Below, piece by piece: positions 39,392 to 48,331 of a DNA stretch of 64,000 bases. Source of the stretch: an uncultured Alphaproteobacteria bacterium (lineage in GTDB: Bacteria > Pseudomonadota > Alphaproteobacteria > Acetobacterales > Acetobacteraceae); contig CAVQNU010000031.1 of assembly GCA_963714255.1 (NCBI GenBank), forward strand, positions 76,323-140,322. Reading direction: 5' to 3'. The notes under the pieces are model-generated. The model was given only the letters and a program-made list of their open reading frames with translations, made no database searches and was not told the DNA's origin. The first letter of the stretch is position 1, and each line of letters begins with the position of its first letter. The position numbers were made by a program, and so were the translations under genes.

Positions 39392-41907
39392 CAGAACGGG
39401 CTCCGCTGGCCAGCCCGGCTCTGGCGCGGCCGGCCGCCATCCAGCGCCGCCGCGACCATCGCCTCGGACAGTTTCCGCAGCAGCGGCTCCGGCATCCCGG
39501 TTCCCACCGGCGAGGTGCGAAGCTGCTGCATCAGTTCTGCGACCGCACCTTCCCGGCCGAACTCGCCCACGAGATCGCGCAGGTTTTTCGCCTCGTCCTT
39601 GGGCATGCCGGACATCATCGACTGGATCATCACTTCTATCAGGTCGGCATTGAGGCTGTCCGGGAAGCCATCCAGCAGGTCATCGTCCAGCCCCGGCCGC
39701 CGCCGCCTTGCATGGGTTCCATAACCCGGCCCGTCGAGGAATTGTTCGATCCGGCTGGCGGTGCGGAAATCCTGCCGCTGCCCGGCCGCATTGGCCATCT
39801 GCACCAGTTCGTCCGTTTCGGACACGTAGAGCCGGTCCGGATTGCCCAAAGTGCGGGCAACGATCTGGTGGAACCGCCAGACCGGGTTGCCGGGCTCGCG
39901 CTGGCGCGCCGCCCGGGCGTACTCGCCGAGCAGATCGAAGGCATCGAACCGCACGAGCGTCTCCGCCAGGGTTTCGAATTCGGCCACCGGCCATGCGATG
40001 GCGGCGCCCTGGCGCAGCCACGCCTGCATGCCGGCCAGCAGACCCGCAATCGCCCGCTTGGCCTCGCCGGCCTCCGGCTGGCCGAGGGCGGACACCACCG
40101 CCATGACCGCCTCGCGGGTCGGCGGCGTCTCGCGGGCCTGCGCCAGCTCGCGGCGGATCAGCGTGGCCCCGGTGCCGGTAAGTTTCATCAGATCGGCTTC
40201 CAGGGCGGCGCGGAACCATCCGGCCGCCCCGCCGCCGGCGGTCGCCACCCCGTCGCGCAGCCCGGCCTGGGCCTGCTCGCCCTTGCCGGACTGCAGGTCG
40301 ACCAGCCCGCGGACGATGCGCAGCAGCGCGCTGGGGGCGTCCGCCCGTTCCCATTCGGCCGCCGCCGCCAATTCCTTCGCGGCCAGGTCGAGGCGTTTGG
40401 ATCGCACCTGCTTGCGGGCGTGGGCCACCTGCAACTCGATCATCTGCCGGCGCACCGCGGGGTTGATCGGGTCGATCTTCAGCAGCCGGTGAGCAAATCC
40501 GGCGGCTTTCTTATAAGCCTTGCGTGCCACCGCCAATTCCGTGGCGGCAAGCAGCACGCCGGTGTTTTCCGGGAAGCGCTGCACCGCCTCATCGGCCAGC
40601 CGGTGCCAATCCTTGAGCCGCGAGTCCTCGCGATAATGCCGGATCAGCTCCAACACGCCAGCCACGTAGTCCGGATCGGCCTGGTAGCTGCGTTCCAGGT
40701 AAAAGATTTCCGGATCGGTGAAATTATCGTGAGGATCCCCCTCGATCTCCCGGTGCTTGGCGGCGAGGGCGGCAAGGTGGCGGAAGATCACGCCGCGCGA
40801 CAGGCTGGCCTGTGGATCGGCGCCGGGGATCGACTCGGCGGCTGCCAGCCAGGCGACTTCCGCCTTGCGCCAGTCGCCGCGCGCTTCGGCGGCAAGCGCC
40901 TGGATGCGGTGACGTTCCGGCGCCGTGAGCGGACCGAAGCTTTTCTCGAACTGCGCCACCCGGTCCGGGATTTGCGGCAGCAGGTTCAGGCAGGCGCTGC
41001 GGACCTCGGCCCGGGGCAGGTCCTGCTGCTTCAGCAGCAAAGCGAACAGGGTGCCCGGACCACCGCGCGCGGCTTCGGACGAACGGGCCAGGAATTCCGA
41101 CGCGCCGGCCGGCAGGCCGCGCGTCTGGGCCACGAAGACCTGCTGTGCTGGCGTCAGCCGGTTCCAGCCATCGGCATCCAGGCCGCGCCCGCCGGGCAGC
41201 GCCGCCTCAACCGCCTGGCGAAACGGGAAGAACGGCGAGGCCGGCGCAATTGCCTCCAGCAGCCGCCGCGACCGGTCGGCGTCCGCGGGCGCGGCACTGA
41301 TGCCTTTCAGCAGCAGGCGCACCGGCCTGAACGCGGAGCGCAGCGAAATCCGGTTCAGCTGCCGATCCAACTCTTCCGCCGGTGCGCCATTGACCCAGGC
41401 GGCCAGCGCATCGCGCGACGCGGCCGCCCATTCGACCCAGCGCCCCCGTTCGGAGCCGACAGCACTGGCAGGACCCGGGCGCTGCGGGACAGCGACGAGC
41501 AAGGCCGCGCCGAGTTCCTCCAGCGCCGCCCGCTCGGCGGCGGGCAGCGGGCTTTCGCCGCCGGCGTAGTTCAGCACATGTGCCGCCGCCTTCTGCTGCT
41601 GCCCGTCGCGGATCAGGCAGCGCAGATACAGCAGGGGATCGCGCAATGTTCCGTCCGGTGCGATTGTGTTCTCGAGGACCATGGCGGCCTCTTTAAACAT
41701 GGCTTTCGCGGCCAGGGTACTGGCACGCCCTTGGTAGGCGTCGGCGAGCGCGGCCTTCCACTCCGGGCGCGGGTCTTGCCGGACTGCCAGCTTGAACAGG
41801 TCGACCGCCTCCTTGAACCGTCCCAGCTGCAGCGCCTCGGCGGCGCGCGCGGCCAGGGTGCCGACCGGCACGGACGGCGACGGTCCGCGCCGCTGGGGTT
41901 TTTTCAA
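39391..41907 (-). CDS. Large TPR-like helical-repeat protein (838 aa), first gene of the Hsp70 module
   Basis: TTG start at 41907 preceded by GAGGA. Repeated Ala/Leu/Arg helical hairpins (e.g. ALQLGRFKEAVDLFKLAVRQDP, ARKAYKKAAGFAHRLLKIDPINP). No catalytic motif seen. Stop shares one base with the J-gene ATG. Confidence 0.75.
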   Translation of the reverse strand: MKKPQRRGPSPSVPVGTLAARAAEALQLGRFKEAVDLFKLAVRQDPRPEWKAALADAYQGRASTLAAKAMFKEAAMVLENTIAPDGTLRDPLLYLRCLIRDGQQQKAAAHVLNYAGGESPLPAAERAALEELGAALLVAVPQRPGPASAVGSERGRWVEWAAASRDALAAWVNGAPAEELDRQLNRISLRSAFRPVRLLLKGISAAPADADRSRRLLEAIAPASPFFPFRQAVEAALPGGRGLDADGWNRLTPAQQVFVAQTRGLPAGASEFLARSSEAARGGPGTLFALLLKQQDLPRAEVRSACLNLLPQIPDRVAQFEKSFGPLTAPERHRIQALAAEARGDWRKAEVAWLAAAESIPGADPQASLSRGVIFRHLAALAAKHREIEGDPHDNFTDPEIFYLERSYQADPDYVAGVLELIRHYREDSRLKDWHRLADEAVQRFPENTGVLLAATELAVARKAYKKAAGFAHRLLKIDPINPAVRRQMIELQVAHARKQVRSKRLDLAAKELAAAAEWERADAPSALLRIVRGLVDLQSGKGEQAQAGLRDGVATAGGGAAGWFRAALEADLMKLTGTGATLIRRELAQARETPPTREAVMAVVSALGQPEAGEAKRAIAGLLAGMQAWLRQGAAIAWPVAEFETLAETLVRFDAFDLLGEYARAARQREPGNPVWRFHQIVARTLGNPDRLYVSETDELVQMANAAGQRQDFRTASRIEQFLDGPGYGTHARRRRPGLDDDLLDGFPDSLNADLIEVMIQSMMSGMPKDEAKNLRDLVGEFGREGAVAELMQQLRTSPVGTGMPEPLLRKLSEAMVAAALDGGRPRQSRAGQRSPF

Positions 41908-42255
41908 AAGCGGGTCCTCGTCAGGCGTGCCGGGGGCATCAGCAGTTGCGTCCGTTATTGATCAGTGCGCCGCCATGGCCGGCGGCCCGAGTGTCCGATA
42001 GGTCGCCAGCGACGAATCCTCCCCCGTGCAGGTGTCCGCCCGTCCCTGCGGGGCGAATCGAATCGGGTAAGTTTAGCCGCACCTGCCAGCCAATACGAGC
42101 CGCCCGGGCAATCGGACAGGGCGATTGGCGGAAGTGAGACACCGGGCGGCGGCGGCAACCGGGGCACGAGATTTTCTGGCATTCTCGCTGCCGTAATCGG
42201 ACGGTACGCGACCGTCCTCACGCGCGCCGCGCGGTGCCGCAGCCAGAAGGGCAGC

Positions 42256-43200
42256 ATGACCACGACGCAGACCAGGCGCACAAGGCTGTGGCCCTTAGGA
42301 ACCGATACCGGAATGACTTTCAAGGACTTTGCTTCCATCGTCTCGATGGTGCGCGGGGCAGGGCCCTGGCCTTCCGTTGCCACGCCGGCCGACCTCCTCA
42401 ACGCCACCATCACGACCGCCGGCTTGTCGGTCCAGCGCGGTATTCCTTATGGCCCCGCCCCGCGCCAGGCGATGGACATCTGGCGGCCGCAAGGCGACGC
42501 CACCGGCCTGCCGCTGGTGGTATTTTTCTACGGTGGCGCCTGGCAGAGCGGCCGCCGGCAGGATTATCCGTTCGTCGCCGCCACGCTGGCGCGGCGCGGC
42601 ATGGTCGTGGCGGTGCCCGACTACCGGCTGTTCCCGCAAGTGCGCTACCCGGTGTTCATCGAAGACGCCGCACGCGCGGTCGCCGCTGTCCGGCGCGCGG
42701 CGCAGAGCTGGGGCGGCGACCCGGACCGGATGTTCCTCGCCGGCCACTCGGCGGGCGCGCATATCGCCGCCATGCTGGCGCTCGACCCGCGCTGGCTGGA
42801 AGCGGCAGGCGAGGACCGGGCCGATCTGGCCGGCATGGTGGGGCTTGCGGGGGCGTTCGATTTCCTGCCGATCCAGGACGAGGATATCCGCGCCGTGTTC
42901 TCCGCCGCCGCCGACCTGCGCGAGACCCAGCCGGTCAGCCATGCCGACGGCGAAGGCCCGCCGATGCTGCTGCTGCACGGCGCGGCCGATGCCACCTGCT
43001 ACCCGCGCAACACACTGGCGCTGGCCGCACGGGTGCGCGCGACCGGCGGGGCGGCGGAGGCATGGATTTACCCCGGCGTCGGGCATATCGGCATCGTGCT
43101 GAGCTTCGCGCCGCTGCTGCGTTTCCATGCGCCGGCGGTCGATGACGTTGTGGCGTTTGTGCAGCGCAGTGGTCGCGCCGGCGGGCGCGCCCGGCTATAA
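42256..43200 (+). CDS. Alpha/beta hydrolase (esterase/lipase, HSL-like)
   Basis: ATG at 42256 after GAAGGG. FFYGGAW oxyanion region, GHSAGAH nucleophile elbow, LLLHGAAD. Confidence 0.8.
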   Translation: MTTTQTRRTRLWPLGTDTGMTFKDFASIVSMVRGAGPWPSVATPADLLNATITTAGLSVQRGIPYGPAPRQAMDIWRPQGDATGLPLVVFFYGGAWQSGRRQDYPFVAATLARRGMVVAVPDYRLFPQVRYPVFIEDAARAVAAVRRAAQSWGGDPDRMFLAGHSAGAHIAAMLALDPRWLEAAGEDRADLAGMVGLAGAFDFLPIQDEDIRAVFSAAADLRETQPVSHADGEGPPMLLLHGAADATCYPRNTLALAARVRATGGAAEAWIYPGVGHIGIVLSFAPLLRFHAPAVDDVVAFVQRSGRAGGRARL

Positions 43201-43232
43201 GGCGGCGTTCGCAACCATCCGGGTTTTCTGCC

Positions 43233-44240
43233 TTGTCCGCGACCGGTCCTACCCTCGTCACCGGCGCCACCGGCTTCGTCGGTTCCGCCGTCGCCCGCTG
43301 CTTCGCCGCGCGCGGCCATGCGCTGCGGCTGCTGGTGCGGCGCGGCAGCGACCGGCGCAATATCGACGGGCTCGCGGCGGCGACAATGGAGGGCGACCTG
43401 ACCGATCCGGCATCGCTCGCCCGCGCCGTCGCCGGCTGCCGCTACGTCGTGCATGTCGCCGCCGATTACCGCATCTGGGTGCCCGATCCCGCCGCCATGC
43501 TGGCGGCGAATGTCGGGGGCACGCTGGCGCTGATGCGGGCGGCGCTGGCAGCCGGGGTGGAGCGGGTGGTGTATTGCAGCAGCGTCGCCGCCCTCGGCCT
43601 GACCGGCGATGCGACGCCCGCCGATGAGCGCACGCCGGTGAGCCGGGACAAGATCGTCGGCATTTATAAGCAATCGAAATACGACGCCGAACAATCGGTT
43701 CTCGAACTTGTTCGCTCGGAGGGGCTGCCGGCGGTCATCGTCAACCCCGCCGCCCCGGTCGGCCCGCGCGATATCAAGCCCACCCCGACCGGCCGCATGA
43801 TCGCCGATGCCGCCGCCGGCCGCATGCCGGCCTATGTGGAAACCGGGCTGAACATCGTGCATGTCGACGACGTGGCCGAGGGCCATGCGCTGGCGCTGGA
43901 ACAGGGCGGCATCGGCGAGCGCTATATTCTCGGCGGCGAGAACCTGACCATGGCGGCGCTGCTCTCGGTGGTGGACGACGCCTCCGGCAGGCGGCGGCGG
44001 CGGGTGCGCCTGCCGGTGGGCGCAGTCTGGCCGGCCGCGCTGGCCAGCGAGGCGGCGGCGCGGATCACCGGCGGCGAGCCGCGCGTCGCCCGCGACCATT
44101 TGCGCATGGCGCGGAAAACCATGTTCTTTTCCTCCGCCAAGGCCACGGAAGCGCTGGGCTACCGCCCCCGCCCGGCATGGCTTGCCGTCGCGCACGCGAT
44201 CGCCTGGTTTCGCGATCATGGCATGGTTCCGCCGGTATGA
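43233..44240 (+). CDS. hpnA: Hopanoid-associated NAD-dependent sugar epimerase
   Basis: VTGATGFVGSAV Rossmann motif and YKQSK catalytic motif. Position at the head of the hpn cluster. Confidence 0.75.
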   Translation: MSATGPTLVTGATGFVGSAVARCFAARGHALRLLVRRGSDRRNIDGLAAATMEGDLTDPASLARAVAGCRYVVHVAADYRIWVPDPAAMLAANVGGTLALMRAALAAGVERVVYCSSVAALGLTGDATPADERTPVSRDKIVGIYKQSKYDAEQSVLELVRSEGLPAVIVNPAAPVGPRDIKPTPTGRMIADAAAGRMPAYVETGLNIVHVDDVAEGHALALEQGGIGERYILGGENLTMAALLSVVDDASGRRRRRVRLPVGAVWPAALASEAAARITGGEPRVARDHLRMARKTMFFSSAKATEALGYRPRPAWLAVAHAIAWFRDHGMVPPV

Positions 44241-45353
44241 TGGTGCTCGCGGGGACGGCGCTGCTGGCCTGGCTGTATCTCGCCGCCTGGCATGGCGGGT
44301 TCTGGCGCGACGGCGAGCGCCTGTCCGCCTCCCGCCCCGCCCGCTTCCCCGCGGTCGCCGCCGTGGTGCCGGCCCGCGACGAAGCCGACATGGTGGCGGC
44401 CAGCCTCGGCAGCCTGCTCGCGCAGGACTATGCCGGGCCGTTCCGGGTCGTGCTGGTGGATGATGGCAGCACCGACGGCACCGCCGCCATCGCCCGCGGA
44501 CTGCCCGGCGCGGAGCGCCTGACCGTGCTGGAGGGGACGCCACGCCCGCCGGGCTGGGCGGGGAAACTCTGGGCAGTGCACCAGGGGCTGGCTGTCACCG
44601 ACGAGGAATTCCTTTTTCTCACCGATGCCGACATCGTGCACGATCCGGCGCATCTCTCCGCCCTCCTGGCCCAGGCCGAGCGAAGCGGCGCGGAGATGGT
44701 CAGCGAAATGGTTGCGTTGCGGTGCGAAAGCCGCGCCGAACGGGCGCTGGTGCCGGCCTTCGCCTATTTGTTCGCTCTGCTGTATCCGTTCGCCTGGGTC
44801 AACGCGCCGCGGCACGCCACCGCGGCCGCGGCCGGTGGCACAATGCTGATCCGCAGGCAGGCGCTCGATCGCATCGGCGGCATCGCCGCCATCCGCGAGC
44901 GCACTGATCGACGACGTGGCGCTGGCGGCGGCGGTGAAACCGGGCGGACCGGTCTGGCTCGGCCATTCGCGTCTGGCGCGCTCCATCCGGGTCTATCCGG
45001 GGTTTGCCGATATCTGGCGCATGGTGGCGCGCTCGGCCTATGTGCAGCTGCGCCATTCGCCGCTTCTTCTCCTTCTGACCACGCTCGGGCTGGGGCTGGT
45101 ATTCGTCGTGCCGCCGGTGGCCGCGCTGTCCGGGCCTGCGGCGGCGCGCGGCTGCGGGCTGGCGGCGTGGTTGATCATGGCGGGGACGTTTCTGCCCACG
45201 CTGCGGCGGTTCGGTCCGTCGCCGCTCTGGGCAGCGGCGCTGCCGGCCATCGCTGTTTTCTACCTCGCCGCAACGATCGGCTCGGCCGTCGACCATCATC
45301 GCGGCCGCGGCGTGGTGTGGAAGCGGCGCGCCTATGCAGGAAGGCCGGCATGA
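44237..45353 (+). pseudogene. hpnB: Hopanoid-associated glycosyltransferase HpnB, frame broken at about 44900
   Basis: GT2 motifs VPARDEA, VDDGSTDGT, LTDADI. After GGIAAIRE the conserved continuation ALIDDVALAAAVKPGGPVWL... is in the +1 frame (ORF 44916-45353). One extra base at about 44900. Confidence 0.75.
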
Positions 45354-46189
45354 ACGACGCGGCGACCGATGTCGAAGCCTGGTCCGGCAAGGACCGGGGC
45401 GACGAGAATTTCCCGGTCGGTTCGGCGCTGATCAGCGCCCGGCTGCGCCCGCATATCCACGCCTTCTACGCCTTCGCCCGCAATGCCGACGATATTTCCG
45501 ACAGCCCGGTGCTGGACGCCGCCGACAAGATCGCGCGGCTGGATGCCATGCAGGACGTGCTGCTGGGCCGCCGCGACACCGGCAGCCCGAGCGCGCTCCG
45601 CCTGCGGGCGAGCCTGGCCGAAACCGGGGTGAGCCCCGCGCACGCGACCGATCTGCTGGTGGCGTTCCGCCGCGACGCGACCAAGCTGCGCTATGCGAAC
45701 TGGGACGAGCTGATGGACTATTGCCGCTTCTCCGCCATGCCGGTCGGCAGGCATGTGCTGGAGCTGCACGGCGAGGACCGCGCCACCTGGGAAGGGTCGG
45801 ACGCGCTGTGCGCGGCGTTGCAGGTGCTGAACCATTTGCAGGATGCCGGCAAGGACCTCGCCGGCCTCGATCGCTGCTATCTGCCCGCCGACCTGCTGGC
45901 GCGCCACGGCGCGCGCGTGGAGGATGTGCGTGCGCCCTCCCTGTCGCCGGGGCTGCGCCGCGTGTTCGATGCGCTGCTGGACCAATGCGACGGGCTGAAC
46001 CGGGTGGCGCGCGACCTGCCGCGGCGCACCCGCGACCGAAGGCTGCGGCTGGAGACTTCGGTGATCCTCGGCCTGTCGCACCGGCTCGCCCGCCGGCTGC
46101 GGCGCGGCGACCCGCTGGCCACGCGGGTGAAACTGACCAAACCCGATGTCGTTGCCAGCCTGCTCGGCGCGCTGCGGTTCGTGCCGTGA
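45350..46189 (+). CDS. hpnC: Squalene synthase HpnC (squalene/phytoene synthase family)
   Basis: ATGA overlap with the hpnB end. ENFPVGS and FYAFARNADDISD Asp-rich motifs. Confidence 0.8.
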   Translation: MNDAATDVEAWSGKDRGDENFPVGSALISARLRPHIHAFYAFARNADDISDSPVLDAADKIARLDAMQDVLLGRRDTGSPSALRLRASLAETGVSPAHATDLLVAFRRDATKLRYANWDELMDYCRFSAMPVGRHVLELHGEDRATWEGSDALCAALQVLNHLQDAGKDLAGLDRCYLPADLLARHGARVEDVRAPSLSPGLRRVFDALLDQCDGLNRVARDLPRRTRDRRLRLETSVILGLSHRLARRLRRGDPLATRVKLTKPDVVASLLGALRFVP

Positions 46190-46199
46190 GGAAGAAGTC

Positions 46200-47054
46200 G
46201 TGACCACGCCACTCGGCGCGGCGCCGGCCGACCTCGAAGCGGTCGAGGCGCTGGTGCGCGGCGCCGGCACCAGTTTCTACCGCGGCATGGCGGTGCTGAA
46301 GCCCGACCGGCGCTATGCCATGTACGCGATCTATGCGTTCTGCCGCATCGTCGACGACATCGCCGACGACCCGGCGCCATTCGAGACCCGCCGCCCGGCC
46401 CTGAACGCATGGCGCGGCCGCGTCGCCGGCCTGTACCGCGGCGTGGCGGACGACGCGATAACCCGCGTGCTGCTGGGCGCGGTGCGGGCGTTCGCCCTGC
46501 GGCAGGAGGATTTCGAGGCGGTAATCGACGGCATGGAAATGGATGCCGCCACCACCATCGTGGCGCCCACGCTCGCCGAACTCGACCTGTATTGCGACCG
46601 GGTGGCTGCCGCGGTCGGCCGGCTGTCGGTGCGCGCGTTCGGCGATGCCAGCCCCGCCGCCGATCAGGTGGCGTTTCACCTCGGCCGGGCGCTGCAAATC
46701 ACCAATGTCCTGCGCGACATCGCCGAGGATGCGGCACGCGGGCGGCTGTACTTGCCGCGCGAACTGCTGGACGAGGAAGGCGTGCCGGCAGATCCGGCTG
46801 CGGTGCTGCGCCATCCCGCGCTGGCCTCGGTCTGCGCCCGCCTGGCCGCGATGGCGCACGGGCATTTCCGCCAGGCGCGCACCGCCATGGCCCGCTGCGA
46901 CCGGCGCGCCATGAAGCCGGCCCGGCTGATGGCCGCCATGTACGCCGCCATCCTCGCCCGGCTGCAGCGGCGCGGCTGGCAACAGCCCGAACGCCGGATC
47001 ACCGTGCCAAAATGGGAAAAACTGTGGATCGCCCTGCGCTACGGCATCCGATGA
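46200..47054 (+). CDS. hpnD: Presqualene diphosphate synthase HpnD
   Basis: GTG at 46200 after GAGGAAGAAG. SFYRGM, YAFCRIVDDIADD, DAARGRLYLP motifs. Confidence 0.8.
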   Translation: MTTPLGAAPADLEAVEALVRGAGTSFYRGMAVLKPDRRYAMYAIYAFCRIVDDIADDPAPFETRRPALNAWRGRVAGLYRGVADDAITRVLLGAVRAFALRQEDFEAVIDGMEMDAATTIVAPTLAELDLYCDRVAAAVGRLSVRAFGDASPAADQVAFHLGRALQITNVLRDIAEDAARGRLYLPRELLDEEGVPADPAAVLRHPALASVCARLAAMAHGHFRQARTAMARCDRRAMKPARLMAAMYAAILARLQRRGWQQPERRITVPKWEKLWIALRYGIR

Positions 47055-48310
47055 AGCGCGTTCACATTGTCGGCGCCGGGCTGGCCGGGCTGGCAACCGG
47101 TGTGGCGCTGGCCGGGCACGGCATCGCGGCGACGCTGTACGAGGCCGGACCGGCCGCGGGCGGCCGCTGCCGCTCGTATTTCGACCGGGCTCTGGGCTGC
47201 CGGATCGACAATGGCAACCATTTGCTGCTGTCCGGCAACCGCGCCGCCATGACCTATCTGGACACGATCGGCGCAAGCCACACGATCGGCGGGCCGGGCG
47301 CGGCGCGATTTCCGTTCGTCGATCTGGCCACCGGCCAACGCTGGACGCTGGCGCCCGGTCCCGGCCTTGTCCCGTGGTGGATTTTCCGCCGCAACCGCCG
47401 GGTGCCGGGCACGCGGCTGCGCGACTATTTTTCCCTATTCGCCCTGCGCCGGGCCGGGGCGGACGCGACCGTGGCGGAAGCGCTCGATACCGACGGCGCG
47501 CTCTACAAGCGGCTGCTGGAGCCGCTGGCCATTGCCGCGCTGAACACGCCGCCGGACGTGGCGCTCGCGCGGCTGCTGCGCCGGGTGGTGGACCAGACCC
47601 TGCTGAAAGGCGGGCAGGCCTGCATTCCGTGCATTCCGCGTGAGGGTCTTTCCGAAAGTTTCATCGATCCCGCGCTGGCTTTTCTGGCATCGCGGGGCGG
47701 GAAGCTGATCACCTCCTGCCGGGTGACCGCATTGCATCGGAACGGGCAAAAAATGACGGCGCTGGAAACCACCGACGGCCCGATGCCGGTCGGGCCAGAC
47801 GAGGCAGTGGTGCTGGCCGCGCCGCCCTGGGCGGCCGAGGAACTGGTGCCGGGGCTGGTCGCGCCGGACGCGTTCCAGGCCATCGTCAACCTGCATTTCC
47901 GCACCACAGCCGATCCAGGCGCGGCCGGGTTCCTCGGCGTGCTGGGCGGCACGGCGGAATGGATTTTCGTCCGGTCCGGCATCGTTTCGGTCACCATCAG
48001 CGCCGCCAACCGCATCGCCGATCTCCCGGCCGAGGAACTCGCCGCGCGCGTCTGGCCGGATGTGCGCGCGGCGCTGCGGCTCGGCGAGGCCATGCCGCCG
48101 GTGCGGGTGGTGAAGGAACGCCGCGCCACCTTCGCCGCAACGGCCGCGCAGGAGCGGCGGCGGCCCGGGCCGCGCTGGCCGGCGGAAACGTGCGGCGTTC
48201 AAAACCTTGTGCTTGCCGGCGATTGGACCAGCACAGGCTTGCCCGCCACGATCGAAGGTGCGATCAAGTCCGGCTACGCCGCCGCTGCCGCGATCCTGGC
48301 CGGCGCCTGA
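47051..48310 (+). CDS. hpnE: Hydroxysqualene dehydroxylase HpnE (FAD amine-oxidase fold)
   Basis: ATGA overlap. VHIVGAGLAGLATG dinucleotide-binding motif. Confidence 0.8.
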   Translation: MKRVHIVGAGLAGLATGVALAGHGIAATLYEAGPAAGGRCRSYFDRALGCRIDNGNHLLLSGNRAAMTYLDTIGASHTIGGPGAARFPFVDLATGQRWTLAPGPGLVPWWIFRRNRRVPGTRLRDYFSLFALRRAGADATVAEALDTDGALYKRLLEPLAIAALNTPPDVALARLLRRVVDQTLLKGGQACIPCIPREGLSESFIDPALAFLASRGGKLITSCRVTALHRNGQKMTALETTDGPMPVGPDEAVVLAAPPWAAEELVPGLVAPDAFQAIVNLHFRTTADPGAAGFLGVLGGTAEWIFVRSGIVSVTISAANRIADLPAEELAARVWPDVRAALRLGEAMPPVRVVKERRATFAATAAQERRRPGPRWPAETCGVQNLVLAGDWTSTGLPATIEGAIKSGYAAAAAILAGA

Positions 48311-48331
48311 CCGGGAACGAGGTCCGCTGCC

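Noticed and set aside
41908-42255. Heat-shock (sigma-32 type) promoter upstream of the TPR/Hsp70 operon
   Set aside because: I looked for a CTTGAA-N(16-18)-CCCCATNT-like pair on the minus strand and found no convincing match. The promoter remains undefined.
44177-46189. 670-aa ORF that looks like an HpnB-HpnC fusion
   Set aside because: The middle ~150 residues are out-of-frame Arg/Ala/Gly filler produced by the frameshift at about 44900. The true HpnB C-terminus is in ORF 44916-45353, and hpnC has its own ATG at 45350.
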